Assembly: GCF_009914755.1 (NCBI RefSeq)
Contig: NC_060945.1
Direction: 5' to 3' (one strand)
DNA length: 64,000 nt
Origin: the human T2T-CHM13v2.0 reference genome, Homo sapiens
This document shows positions 1 to 17,800 of this stretch, one piece after another; within the stretch, counting starts at the first letter, position 1, and each line of letters opens with the position of its first letter. A program made the position numbers and the translations under genes. The notes under the pieces are model-generated. The model was not told the origin of the DNA and did not search any database. It saw only the letters and a program-made list of their open reading frames with translations.

Positions 1-19
1 GTCCATGTGTTCTCATTGT

Positions 20-3838
<3,819 letters not shown>

Positions 3839-3901
3839 CATGATGTTAGCTGGTTATTTTGCTCGTTAGTTGATGCAGTTTTTTCCTAGTCTCGAAGGTC
3901 T

Positions 3902-4915
3902 TTACATTTTGGTATGATTTTGCAGCGGGCTGGTACCAATTGTTCCTCTTCATGTTTAGTGCTTCCTTCAGGAGCTCTTTTAGGGCAGGCCTGGTGGTGA
4001 CAAAATCTCTCAGCATTTGCTTGTCTGTAAAGTATTTTATTTCTCCTTCACTTATGAAGTTAATTTGTCTGGATATGAAATTCTGGGTTGAAAATTCTTT
4101 TCTTTAAGAATGTTGAATATTGGTCCCCACTCTCTTCTGGCTTGTAGAGTTTCTGCAGAGGGATCTGCTGTTAGTCTAATGGGCTTTCCTTTGAGGGTAA
4201 CCCGACCTTTCTCTTTCGCTGCCCTTAACATTTTTTCCTTCATTTCAACTTTGGTGAATCTGACAATTATGTGTCTTGGAGTTGCTCATCTCGAGGAGTA
4301 TCTTTGTGGCATTCTCTGTTTTTCCTGAATCTGATTGTTGGCCTGCCTCGCTAGATTGGGGAAGTTCTCCTGGATAATAACCTGCAGAGTGTTTTCCAAC
4401 TTGGTTCTATTCTCCCCGTCACTTTCAGGTACAACAATCAGACGTAGATTTGGTCTTTTCTCATAGTCCCATATTTCCTGGAGGCTTTGCTCGTTTCTTT
4501 TTATTCTTTTTTCTCTAAACTTCCCATCTCGCTTCATTTCATTCACTTCATCTTCCATTGCTGATACCCTTTCTTCCAGTTGATCGCATTGGCTCCTGAG
4601 GCTTCTGCATTCTTCATGTACTTCTCGAGCCTTGGCTTTCAGCTCCATCAGCTCCTTTAAGCACTTCTCTGTATTTGTTATTCTAGTTATACATCCCTCT
4701 AAATTTTTTTCAACGTTTTCAACTTCTTTGCCTTTGGTTTGAGTGTTCTGCAGCTCGGAGTAGTTTGATCATCTGAAGCCTTCTTCTCTCTGCTAGTCAA
4801 AGTCATTCTCCATCCAGCTTTGTTCCATTGCTGATGAGGAACTGCGTTCCTTTGGAGGAGGAGAGGCACTCTACTTTTTAGAGTTTCCAGTTTTTCTGCT
4901 CTGATTTTTCCCCAT
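3902..4915 (-). pseudogene. L1 ORF1p (RNA-binding chaperone), disrupted
   Basis: ATGGGGAAAAA start at 4915 and AAAATGTAA end at 3902. Fragments include ...RIKRNEQSLQEIWDY..RPNLRLI and MKEKMLRAAKEKGRVTLKGKPIRLTAD. Confidence 0.94.
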
Positions 4916-5821
4916 CTTTGTGGTTTTATCTACTTTTGGTCTTTGATGATGGTGATGTACTGATGGGTTTTTGTTGTGGATGTCCTTTCTGTTTGTTAGT
5001 TTTCCTTCTAACAAACAGAACCCTCAGCTGCACGTCTGTTGGAGTACCTGGCCGTGTGAGGTGTCAGTCTGCCCCTGCTGGGTGGTGCCTCCCAGTTAGG
5101 CTGCTCTGGGTTCAGGGGTCAGGGCCTCACTTGAGGTGGCAGTCTGCCCATTCTCAGATCTCCAGCTGCATGCTGGGAGAACCACTGCTCTCTTGAAAGC
5201 TGTCAGACAGGGACATTTAAGTATGCAGAGGTTACTGCTGTCTTTTTGTTTGTCTGTGTCCTGTCCCCAGAGGCGGAGCCTACAGAGGCAGGCAGGCCTC
5301 CTTAAGTTGTGGTGGGCTCCACCCAGTTCCAGCTTCCTGGCTGCTTTGTTTACCTAAGCAAGCTTGGGCAATGGCGGTGCCCCTTCCCCAGCCTCGCTGT
5401 CTCCTTGTAGTTTGATCTCAGACAGCTGTGCTAGCAATCAGCAAGACTCTATGTGTGTAGGACCCTCTGAGCCAGGTGTGGGATATAATCTCCTCATGTG
5501 CAATTTTTTATGTCCGTGGGAAAAGCACAGTATACGGGTGGGAGTGACCCGATTTTCCAGGTGCTGTCTGTCAACCCTTTCTTTGACTAGGAAAGGGAAC
5601 TCCCTGACCCCTAGTGCTTCCCGAGTGAGGCAATGCCTTGGCCTGCTTCGGCTCTTGCATGGTGTGTGCACCCACTGACCTGCTCCCACTGTCTGGCACT
5701 CACTAGTGAGACGAACCCGGTACCTCAGATGGAAATGCAGGAATCACCCATCTTCTGCGTCGCTCATGCCGGGAGCTGTGGACTGGAGCTATTCCTATTC
5801 GGTCATCTTGGTTCCTCTCCC
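4916..5821 (-). promoter_or_regulatory. L1 5'UTR internal sense promoter and antisense promoter region; CpG-decayed, YY1 core mutated
   Basis: About 900 bp, GC-rich, upstream of ORF1. The YY1 site reads AAGATGACC instead of AAGATGGCC (5801-5809). Confidence 0.85.
5364..5678 (+). pseudogene. L1 antisense ORF0 relic; the native ATG at 5371 is out of frame
   Basis: The translation GAPSPASLSPCSLISDSCASNQQDSMCVGPSEPGVGY...IRVGVTRFSRC matches primate L1 ORF0. ATGGCGGTGCC lacks one base relative to ATGGCGGGCGCC. Confidence 0.75.
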
Positions 5822-8800
5822 GGAACACTCTCTTTGTAGAATCTGCAAGTGGACATTTGGAGCGCTTTGAGGCCTATGGTGGATAACAAAATATCTTCAT
5901 ATGATAACTTGACAGAAGCATTCTAAGAAACTTCTTTGTGATGTATGTACTCGTCCCACAGAGTTGAACCTTTCTATTGATTTAGCAGTCTGGAAGCACT
6001 CTTTTTGTAAAATCTGCAAGTGGACATTTTGTGCACTTTTAGGCCTATGGTAAAAAGGAAATATCTTCACATAAAAACCAGACAGAAGCATTTTGACAAC
6101 CTTCTTTGCAATATGTGCATTCGTATCACAGAGTTGAGCCTTAATTTGATTTAGCAGTTTTGAAGCACCCTTTTGATAATACCTGTGATTGGACATTTGG
6201 AGTGCTTTGATGCCTTTGGTGGAAAAGGAAATATCTTCACATAAGAACTAGACAGACGCATTCTGACAAACTTCTTTGTGATGTGTGCATTCATCTCAGA
6301 GAGTTGAACATTTATTTTGATTGAACAGCTTTGAAAACCTCTTTTGTGGAATCTGCAAGTGGACATTGGGAGTGCTTTGAGGCCTATGGTAGAAAAGGAA
6401 ATATCTTCACATAAAAACTAGACAGAAGCATTCTGACAAACATCTTTGTGATGTGTGCATTCATCTCACAGAGTTGAACCTAACTTTTGATTGAGCAGTT
6501 TGGAAACACTCTTTTTGTAGAATCTACAAGTGGACATTTAGAGTGCTTTGAGGCCTATGGTGGATAAAGAAATATCATCACACAAAATATAGACAGAAGC
6601 AATCTTGGAAATTTATTTGTGATGTGTGCATTCATCTCACAGAGTTAAACCTTTCTTTTGATTGAGCAGTTTTGAAACACTCTTTCTGTAGAATCTGCAA
6701 GTGGATATTCGGAGTGCTTTGTGGCCTATGGTGGAAAAGGTAATATCTTCACATAAAAACTACGCAGAAGCATTCTAAGAAAGTTCTTTGTGATGTGTGC
6801 ATTCAACTCTAAGATTTGAACCTATCTTTTGACTGGGCAGTTTTGAAACACTCTTTTTGTAGAATCTGCAAGGGGATATTTAGAGCGATTCGAGGCCTAT
6901 TGTGGAAAAGGAAATATCTTCACATAAAAACTACAGAAAAGCATTCTACGAAAGTTCTTTGTGATGTGTGCATTCAATTCTCAGAGTTGAACCTATCTTT
7001 TGATAGAGCAGTTTTGAAACTCTCTTTTTGTAGAATTTGCAAGTGGATATTTGGATTCCTTTGTGGCCTACGGTGGAAAAGGAAATATCTTAACATAAAA
7101 ACTACACAGAAGCATTCTGAGAAACTACCTTGTGATGTGTGAATTCACATCACAGTGTTTAACATTTCTTTTGATTGTGCAGTTTGGAAACACTCTTTTA
7201 CTAGTATCTGCAAGTGGATATTTCGAGCCCTTGTAGGCCTATTGTGGAAAAGGAAATATCTTCACATAAAAACTACACAGAAGCATTTTGAGAAACTCCT
7301 GTGTGATGTGTGAATTCATCTTACAGACTTGAACCTGTCTTTTGATTGAGCAGTTTTGAAACACTCTTTTTATAGACTCTGCAAGTGGATATTTGCATCA
7401 CTTTGAGGCCTATGGTGGAAAAGGAAATATCTTCCCAAAAAACCTACACAGAAGCATTCTCAGAAACTTCTTTGTGATGTGTGCATTCATCTTACAGAGT
7501 TGAAACTTTCTTTTGATTGAGCAGTTTAGAAACACTCTTTCATAGAATCTGCAAGTGGATACTTGGAGCGTTTTGAGGCCCATGGTGGAAAAGGAAATAT
7601 CTTCCCATAAAAACTACAAAGAAGCATTCTGAGAAACTTCTTTATGATATGTGCATTGAACGCAAAGAGTTGAACCTATCTTCTGATACAGCAATTTTTA
7701 AAATCACTTTTTATAGAATCTGGAAGTGGATATTTGGAGCGTTTTGTATCCTATGGTGGAAAAGGAAATATCTTTCCATAAATGCTACACAGAAGTATTC
7801 GGAGTAACTACTTTGTGATGTGTGCATTCAACTCATAGAGCTGAACCTATCTTTTGATAGAGCAGTTTTGAAAATCTCTTTTTGTAGAATCAGCAAGTGC
7901 ATATTTGGAAACCTTTGCAGGCTATGGTGGAAAACTAAATATCTTCTTATAAAAACTTCACAGAAGCATTCTGAGAAACTTTTTTGTGATGTATGCATTC
8001 ATCTCATGGAGTTGAACCTCTCTTTCAATTGAGAAGTTTGGAAACACTCTTTTTGTGGAATCTGCAAATGGATATATGGAGGGCTTGAGGCCTATTGTGG
8101 AAAAGGAAATATCTTCCCATGAAAACTACACAGAGGCATTCTGAGAAACTTCCTTGTGAGGTGTACATTCAACTCACCGATTTGAACCTTTCTTTGGATT
8201 TAGCAGTTTGGAAACACTCTTTTTGTAGAATCTGCAAGTAGTTATTTTGATCGATTTGGAGCCTATGTGGGAAAGGAAATATCTTCACATAAAAACTACA
8301 CAGAAATATTCTGAGAAATTTCTTTGTGATGTGTGCATTCACCTCACAGAGTTGAGCCTATCCTTTGATAAAGTAGTTTTGAAACTCTCTTTTTGTAGGA
8401 TCTGCAAGTGGATATTTGGAGCCTTTTGCATCCTACGTAGGAAAAGCAAATATCTTCACATAAAAACTACACAGAATCATTCTGAGAAACTTCTTTGTGA
8501 TGTGTGCATTCAACTCACAGAGATGAACTTTTCTTTTGATAGAGCAGTTTTCAAACTCTCTCTTTGTAGAATCTGCAAGTGGATATTTGGAGCCCTTTGC
8601 AGCCTAGGTAGGAAAAGGAAATATTTTCACATCAAAACTACATAGAAGCATTCTGAAAAACTTCTTTGTGATGTGTGCATTCAGCTCACAGAGTTGAACT
8701 TATCTTTTCACAGAGCAGGTTTAGAACTCTCCTTTTGTATAATCTGGAAGTAGATATTTGGAGGGCTTTGAGGCCTGTGGTGGAAAAGGAAATATCTTCA

Positions 8801-11800
8801 GATAAAAACTACACATAAGCATTCTGAGAAAGTTCTCTGTTATGTGTGCATACGTCTCACAGAGTTGAAGATATCTTTTACATATAGCAGTTTTGAAAAT
8901 TTCTTTTTGTAGAATCTGCAAGTGGATATTTGGAGTCCTTTGCAGCCTACGGTGGAAAACGAAATATCTTCACATAAAAACTACACAGAAGCCTTCTGAG
9001 AAACTTCTTTGTGATGTGTCCACTCATCTCACAGAGTTGAACCTTTCATTTGATAGAGCGGTTTTGAAACACTTTTTTTGCAGAATCTACAAGTGGATAT
9101 TGGGAACGCATTGAGGCTTATGGTGGAAAAGGAACTATCTTCACATAAAAACTACACAGAAGCATTCTGAGAAACTTCTTTGTGATGTGTGCATTCATCT
9201 CACAGAGATGAACCTATCTTTTCATAGAGCAGTTTTGAAACTCTCTTTCTGTAGAATCTGCGACTGGATATTTGGAGCCCTTAGCGGCCTATGGTGGAAA
9301 AGGAATTATCTTCACATAAAAACTACACAGTATCATTCTGAGAAACTTGTTTGTGATGTGTGCATTCATCTCACAGATTTGAACCCTTCCATCTTTTGAG
9401 CAGTTTGTACACCCTCTTTTTGTAAAATCTACAAGTGGATATATGGAGCGCTTTGAGGCCTATTGTGGAAAAGGAAATACCTTCACATAAAAACTACACA
9501 GAAGCATTCTGAGAAACTTCTTTTTGACGTGTGCATTCATCTCACAGAGTTGAACATTTCATGTGATTGAGCAGCTTTGAAACACTCTTTTTGTAAAATC
9601 TGCAAGTGGGTATTTGCAGCACTTTGAGGCCTATTTTGGAAAAGGAAATATCTTCCCATAAAAACTACATAGAAACATTCTCAGAAACTTCTTTGTGTTA
9701 TGTGCATGTATGTAGAGAGTTGAACCTTTCATTTGATTTAGCAGTTTGCAAACACTCTTTTAGTAGAATCTGCAAGTAGATATTTGAAGCCCTTGGGGCC
9801 TATTATGGAAAAGGAAATATCTTCACATAAAAACTATGCAAAAGCGTTCTGAGAAACTTCATTGTGATGTGTGCATTCACTTAACAGAGTTGAACCTTTC
9901 TTTGAATTAAGCAGTTTTGAAACACTCTTTCTGTAGAATCTGCAAGTGGATATTCAGAGTGCTTTGTGGCCTACGGTGGAAAAGGTAATATCTTCACATA
10001 AAAACTATGCAAAGCATTCTAAGAAAGTTCTTTGTGATGTGTGCATTCAACTCTCAGAGTTGAACATATTTTTTGATAGAGCAGTTTTGAAACTCTCTTT
10101 TTGTAGAATTTGAAGGGGATATTTGGATTCCTTTGTGGCCTATTGTGGAAAAGGAAATATCTTAACATAAAAAATATACAGAAGCATTCTGAGAAACTTC
10201 TTTGTGATGTGTGCATTCATCTCACAGAGTTGAACCTATCTTTTGATAAAGCAGTTTTGAAACTCTCTTTTTGTAGAATCTGCAAATGGATATTTGGAGC
10301 CCTTCGCAGCCTGTGGTGGAAAAGGAAATATCTTAACATAAAAAGTACACAGAAGCATTCTGAGAAACTTCTTTGTGATGTGTGCATTCATATCATAGTG
10401 TTGAACATTTCATTTGTTTGTGCAGTTTGGAAACATTCTTTTACTAGTATCTGCAAGTGGATATTTCGAGCTATTTTAGGCCTATTGTGGAAAAGGAAAC
10501 ATCTTCACATATAAACTACACAGAAGCATTTTGAGAAACTCCTGTGTGAAGTGTGAATTCACCTCATGGACTTGAACCTTTCTTTGAATTAAGCAGTTTT
10601 GAAACACTCTTTCTGTAGAATCTGCAAGTGGATATTTGGAGCACTTTGAGGCCAATGGTGGAAAAGGAAATATCTTAACATAAAGACTACACAGAAGAAT
10701 TCTGAGAAGTTCTTTGTGATGTTTGCATTCAACACACAGAGTTGAACATATCTTTTGATAGAGCAGTTTTGAAACTCTCTTTTTGTGGAATCTGCAAGTC
10801 GATATTTGGAGCACTTTGTGGCCCATTGTGGAAAAGGAAATATCTTCACATAAAAACTACATAGAAGCATTCTGAGAAACTAATTTGTGATGTGTGCACT
10901 TATCTCACATAGTTGAACCTTTCATTTGATACAGCGGTTTTGAAACACTCTTTTTGCAGAATCTGCAAGTGGATATTGGGAGCGCATTGAGGCCTATGGT
11001 GGAAAAGGAACTATCTTCACATGAAAACTACACAGAAGCATTCTGAGAAACTTCTTCGTGATTTGTGCGTTCTTCTCACAGAAATGAACCTATCTTTTGA
11101 TAGAGCAGTTTTGAAACTCTCTTTTTGTAGAATCTGCGAGTGGATATTTGGAGCCCTTAGAGGCTTATGGTGGAAAAGGAAAAGGAATTATCTTCACATA
11201 AAAACTACACAGTATCATTCTGAGAAACTTGTTTGTGATGTGTGCATTCGTCTCACAGAGTGGAAAATTTCATTTGAATGAGCAGTTTTGAAAAACTCTT
11301 TTTGTAGAATCTGCAAGTGGATATTTGGAGGGCTTAAAGGCCTAATGTTGAAAAGGAAATATCTTCACATTAAATCTACAGAGAAGCATTCAGAGAATCT
11401 TCTTTCTGTTGTGTGCTTTGATCTCACAGTGTTGAACCTGTCTTTTATTCAGAAGTTTGGAAACAGTCTTTTTGCAGAATCTATAAGTGTATATTTGGAG
11501 CACTTTGAGGGCTATGGTGGAGATTGAAATGCCTTCAAATAAAAACTGCACAATAGCCTTCTCAGAAAATTCTTTGTGATGTGTGCATTCAACTCACAGA
11601 GTTAAACCTATCTTCTGTTAGAGCAGTTTTGAAACTCTATTTTTTTGGAGTTTGCAAGTGGATATTTGGAGCTCTTTGAGGCCTATGGTGGAAAAGGAAA
11701 TATATTCACATAAAAACTACTCAGAAGCATTCTCAGAAAGTGCTTTGTGATGTGTGTATTCATCTCACAGAGTTGAACCTTTCTTTTGATTGAGCAATTT

Positions 11801-14800
11801 TGAAACACTGTTTTTGTAGAATCTGCAAGTGGGTATTTTGAGCGCTTTGAGGCCTATAGTGGAAAAGGAAATGTCTTCACAAAAAATCTACGCAGAAGAA
11901 TTCTCAGAAACTTTTTTGTGATATGTACATTCATCTCACAGTGTTGAATCTTTCTTTTGATTGGGCAGTTTGGAAACACACTTTTTGTAGAATCTGTAAG
12001 TGGATATTTAGAGTGCTTTGAGGCCTATGTTGGAAAAGGAAATATCTTCCCCTAAAAACGACACAGAAGCATTCCGAGAATCTTCTTATTGATGTGTGAA
12101 TTGAACTCACAGAGTTGAACCCATCTTTAGATAGAGCAGTTTTGAAACTCTCTTTTTGTAGAATCCGCAAGTGAATATTTGGAGCCCTTTGTGGGCGATG
12201 GTGGAAAAGGAAATATCTTCACATAAAAATTACACAGAAGCATTCTGAGAAATTTTTTTGTGATGTGTGCATTCAAATCACAGTGTTGATCCTATCTTTT
12301 GATACAGCAGTTTTGAAACTCTCTTTTTGTAGAATCTTCAAGTGGATATTTGAAGCCCTTTGTGGGCTAAGGTGGAAAAAATATCTTCACATAAACACTA
12401 CATAGAAGCATTCTGACGAACTTTTTTGTGTTGTTTGCATTCAACTCACAGTGTTGAACTAGTCTCTTGATAGAGCAGTTTAGAAACACATTTTTTGTAG
12501 AATCTGCAAGTGGATGTTTGGAGTGCTTTGAGTCCTGTTGTGGAAAAGGCAATATCTTCACATAAAAACTACACAGTAGCATTCTGAGAAACTTCTTTGT
12601 AATGTGTGCATTCAACTGACAGAGTTGCAGCTGTCTTTTGGTGGAGCAGTTTTGAAACTCCCTTTTTGTAGGATCTGCAAGTGGATATCTGGATCCCTTT
12701 ACAACCTTCTGTGGAAAAATAAGTATCTTCACATAAAAGCTACTCAGAAGCATTCTGAGAAACTTCTTATTGATGTGTGCTTTCATCTCAGAGAATTGAA
12801 TATTTCTTTTGATGAGCAGTTTGGAATCACAGTTTTTGTAGAATCTGCAAGTAGATATTTGGAGCGCTTTGTGTCCTATGGTGGAAAAGGAAATATCTTC
12901 AGATAAAAACTAAACAGAAGCATTCAGAGAAATTTCTTTGTCATGTGTGCATTCATCTCACAGAGTTGAAACTTTCTTTTGATTGAGCAGTTTTGAAACA
13001 ATCTTTATGTACAATCTGCAAGTGGATACTTGGAGAGCTTTGAGGCCTATGGTGGAAAAGAAAATATCTTTTCTAAAAACTACACAGAAACTTTCAGAGA
13101 AACTTCTTTGTGATGTGTGCATTCATCTAAAGTGTTGAAGGTTTCCTTTGATTGAGCAGTTTTGAAACACTCTTTTTGTAGAATGTGCAAGTGGATATTT
13201 GGAGCGATTTGGAGCCTATTGTGGAAATTGAAATATCTTCCCATAAATCTACACAGAAGCATTCTGAGAAACTTCTTTTTGATGTGTGCATTCAACTCAG
13301 AGTTGAAACTATCTTTTGATTGAGCAGTTTAGAATCTTTATGTAGAATCTGCAAGTGGATATTTGGAGCCCTATGAGCCCTATGGTGGAAAAGGAAATGT
13401 CTTCAAATACAAAATACACAGAAGCATTCAGAGAAACTTCTTTGTGATGAGTGCCTTCATCACACAGACTTGAACCTTTCTTTGGATTGAGTAGTTTTGA
13501 AAGACTCTTTTCGTAGAATCTGCAAGTGAATATTTGGAGGGCTTTGAGGCTTATTTTGGAGAAGGAGATATTTTCATATAAAAACTACACAGAAGCATTC
13601 TGAGAAACATCTTTGTGATGTGTGCATTCAAGTCACGGAGGTGAACCTATCTTTTGATGGAGCAGTTTTGAATCTCTCTTCTTGTAGATTCTGAAAGTAG
13701 ATATTTGGAGCACTTTGAGGTCTACTGTGGAAAATCAAATATCTTCACATAAGAACTACACAAAAGGATTCTGAAAAACTATTTTGTGATGTGTGCATTC
13801 AACTCACAGAGTTGAACTTATCTTTTGAATGAGGAGATTTGAAACTCTCCTTTTGCAGAATCTGCAAGTGGACATTTGAAGCCCTTTGAGGCTTACTATA
13901 AAAAAGCAAGTATCTTCACATAAGAATTAAACAGAAGCATTCTGAGAAACTACTTTGTGATGTGTGCATTCAACTCACAGAGTTGAACCTATCTTTTGAT
14001 TGAGCAGTTTAAAATATTTTTTTTTGTAGAATCAGCAAGTGGATATTTGGAGCCCTTTGCTACCTTTGGTGGAAAAGGAAATACCTTCAAATAAAAACTA
14101 CATAGAAGCATTCTGAAAAATTTCTTGGTGATGTGTGCATTCTTCTCACAGGGTTGAACCTATCTAATGACTGAGCAGTCTTGAAACACTCATTTTGTAG
14201 AAACTGCAAGTGGATATTTGGTGCGCTTTGAGGGCTTCGTGGAAAAGCAAATATCTTCACATAAAAACTACACAGAAGCATTCTGAGAAACTTCTGCGTG
14301 ATGTGTGCATTCATCTCACAGTGTTGGACGTTTCTTTTGATTGAGCAGTTTTGAAACACTCTTTTTGTAGAATCTGCAAGTGGATATTTGGAGCGCTTTG
14401 AGGCCTAATGTGGAAAATCAAATATCTTCACATAAAAACTACACAGAGGCATTCTGAGAAACTTCTTTGTTTTGTGTGCATTCAACTCACATAGTTGAAG
14501 TTATCTTTTGATTGAGATGCTTTGAATCTCCTTTTTGCAAAATCTGCACGTGGATATTTGGAGCCCTATTTCACCCTATAGTGGAAAAGCAGATATCTTC
14601 ACATAAACAAACACTACACAGAAGCATTCAGAGAAAGTTCTTTGTGATGTGTGCATTGAACATGCAGAATTGAAACTATCTTTTCATTGTACAGTTTTGA
14701 ATATCTCTTTTTGTAGAATCTGCAAGTGGAAGTTTGGAGCTCTTTGCACCCTGTGGTGTAGAAGTAAATATGTTCATATAAAAACTACACAGAAGCATTC

Positions 14801-17800
14801 AGAGAGACTTCTTTGTGATGAATGCATTCCTCACACAGAGTTTAATCTTTCTTTTTATTGAGTACTATTGAAATCTTCTTTTTGCAGAATCATCAAGTGG
14901 ATATTTGGAGAGCTTTGAGGCCTGTTTTGGAAAAGGAAATATCTTCAAATTAAAACTACACAGAAGCATTCTGAGAAACTTCTGTGGGATGTGTGCATTC
15001 AGCTCTCAGAGTTGAACCTATCTTATGATTGAGCAGTTTGGAAACACTCTTTTTGTAGAATCTGCAAGTGGATACTTAGAGCGATTTGAGGTCTACTGTG
15101 GAAAAGGAAATATCTTCACATAAAAACAACACAGAAGCACTCTGAGAAACTTCTTTGTGATGTGTGAATTCAACTCACAGAGCTGAACCTATCTTTTGAT
15201 GGAGTAGTTTAGAATCTCTCTTTTTTTAGAATCTGCAAGTGGATATTTGGAGTGCTTTGAGACCTACTGTGGAAAAGCAAATATCTTCACATAAAAACTA
15301 GACAGAAGCATTCTGAGATACATCTTTGTGATGTGTGCATTCATCTCATAGTGTTAAACCTTTCTTTTGATGGTTCAGTTTTGAAACACTCTTTTTGTAG
15401 AATCTGGAAGTGGATATTGGGAGCCCTTTGAGGCCTATGGTGGAAAAGGAAATATCTTCAAATAAAAACTACACAGAAGCATTCTGAGAAACTTCTTTGT
15501 GATGTGTACATTCATCTCACAGAGTTGAAACTTTCTTTTGATTGAGCAGTTTTGAAACACCACTTTTGTAGAATCTGGAAGTTGATATTTGCAGGGCTTT
15601 GAGGTCTATTTTGGAAAAGAAAATATCTTCACTTAAAAACTACGCAGAAATATTGTGAGAAACTTCTTTGTTAAGTGTGCATTCAACTCACAGAGTTGAA
15701 CCTATCTTTTGATTGAGCAGTTTTGAATCTCTCATTTTGCAGAATCTGCAAATGGATATTTGGAGCCCTTTGCTATCTATGGTGGAAAAGGAAATACCTT
15801 CAAACAAAAACTACACAGAGGCATTCTGAGAAACTTCTTTGTGATTGTGCATTCAACTCAAAAAGTTAAACCTATCTTATGATTGACCAGTTTGGGAACA
15901 CTCTTTTCATAGGATCTGCAAGTGGATATTTGGCGTCCTTTGAGGTCTATCGTGGAAAAGCAAATAACTTCAGATAAAAACTATACAGAAGCATTCTGAG
16001 AAACTTCTTTGTGATGTGTGCATTGATCTCACAAAGTTGAAACTTTATTTTGATTGAGCAGTTTTGAAACACTCTTTTTGTAGAATCTGCAAGTGGATAA
16101 TTGGGGAGATTTGAGGAATATTGTGGAAAAGCAAATATCTTCCGATAAAAACTACACAGAAGCCTTCTGAGAAACATCTTTGTGAGGTTTGCATTCAACT
16201 CACAGAGTAGAAGCTATCTTTTGATTGAGGAGTTTTGAATCTCTCTTTTTTCAGAATCTGCAAGTGGATATTTGGAGCGCTTTGAGGCCTACTTTTGAAA
16301 ATCAAATATCTTCCCTTAAAAACTACACAGAAGCATTCTCAGAAATTGTTTGTCATGTGTGCTTCCTAATCACCGAGTTGAACCTATCTTGTGATTGAGC
16401 AGTTTTGAATCTCCCTTTTTGTAGAATCTACAAGTGGATATTTTTAGTCCTTTGTAGACTGTGGTGGAAAAGAAATTATCTTGAAATCAATTCTACACAG
16501 AAGCATTCAGACAAACTTCTTTGTGATGAGTGCATTCGTCACACAGAGTTGATCCTTTCCTTTGATTGAGCAACTCTGAAACACTCTTTTAGAGGGTCTG
16601 CAAGTGGATATTTTAGAGCTTTGGGACAATTGTGGAAAAGTAAATATCTTCACATAAAAACTACACAGAAGCATTCTGAGAAACTTCTTTGTGAGATGTG
16701 CATTCAACTCACAGAGTTGAACCTATCTTTTCATTGAGCAGTTTTGAATCTCTCTTTTTGTAGACTCTGCTTGCGGATATTTGGAGAGCTTTGAGGCCTA
16801 TTGTGGAAAAGGAAATATCTTCACATAAAAACACACAGAAGCGTTCTGAGAAACTTCTTTGTGAGGTGTGCATTCAACCACAGAGTTGAACCTATCTTTT
16901 GATTGAGCAGTTTTGAATCTCTCTTTTTGTAGAAGCTGCATGTGGCTATTTGGAGACGTTTGTGGCCTATGGTGGAAAAGGAAATACCTTCAAATAAAAA
17001 CTAGACAGAAGCATTCTGAGAAACTTCTTTGTGAGGTGTGCATTCAACCACAGAGTTAAACCTATCTTTTGATTGAGCAGTTTTGAATCTCTCTTTTTGT
17101 ACCATCTGCAAGTGGATATTTGGAGCCCTTTGTGGTCTATGGTGGAAAAGGAACTATCCTCAAATAAAAACTACACAGAAGTATTCTGAGAAACTTCTTC
17201 GTGATGTGTGCATTCATCTCACAGAGTTGAACCTTTGTTTTGCTTGAGCAGTTTTGAGACCATCTTTCCATAGGATCTGGAAGTGAATATTTGGAGGGCT
17301 TTGAGATCTATTTTGGAGAAGGAGATATCTTCATATAAAAACTATACAGAAGCATTCTGAGAAACATCTTTGTGAGGTGTGCACTGAAGTCACAGAGTTA
17401 AAACTACCTTTTGATTCAGCAGTTTTGAATCTCTCTTTTTGCAGAATCTGTGAGTGAATATTTGGAGCGCTTTGTGGCCTACTGTGGAAAACCAAATATC
17501 TTCACATAAAAACTACACAGAAGCATTCTGAGAAACTTCTTTGTGATGTGGTCTTTCAACTAATAGAGTTGAACCTATCTTTCGATTGAGCAGTTTTGAA
17601 TCTCTCTTTTTGCAGAATCTGCAAGTGGATATTTGGAGAACTTTGAGGTCTACTGTGGAAAATCAAATATCTTCCCATAAAAACTGCACAGAAGCATTCT
17701 GAGAAACTTCTTTGTCATACGTACATTCACAGGGTTGATCCTATTTTATTATTGAGCACTTTTGAAACACTCTTTTTGTAGAATCTGCAAGTGAATATTT

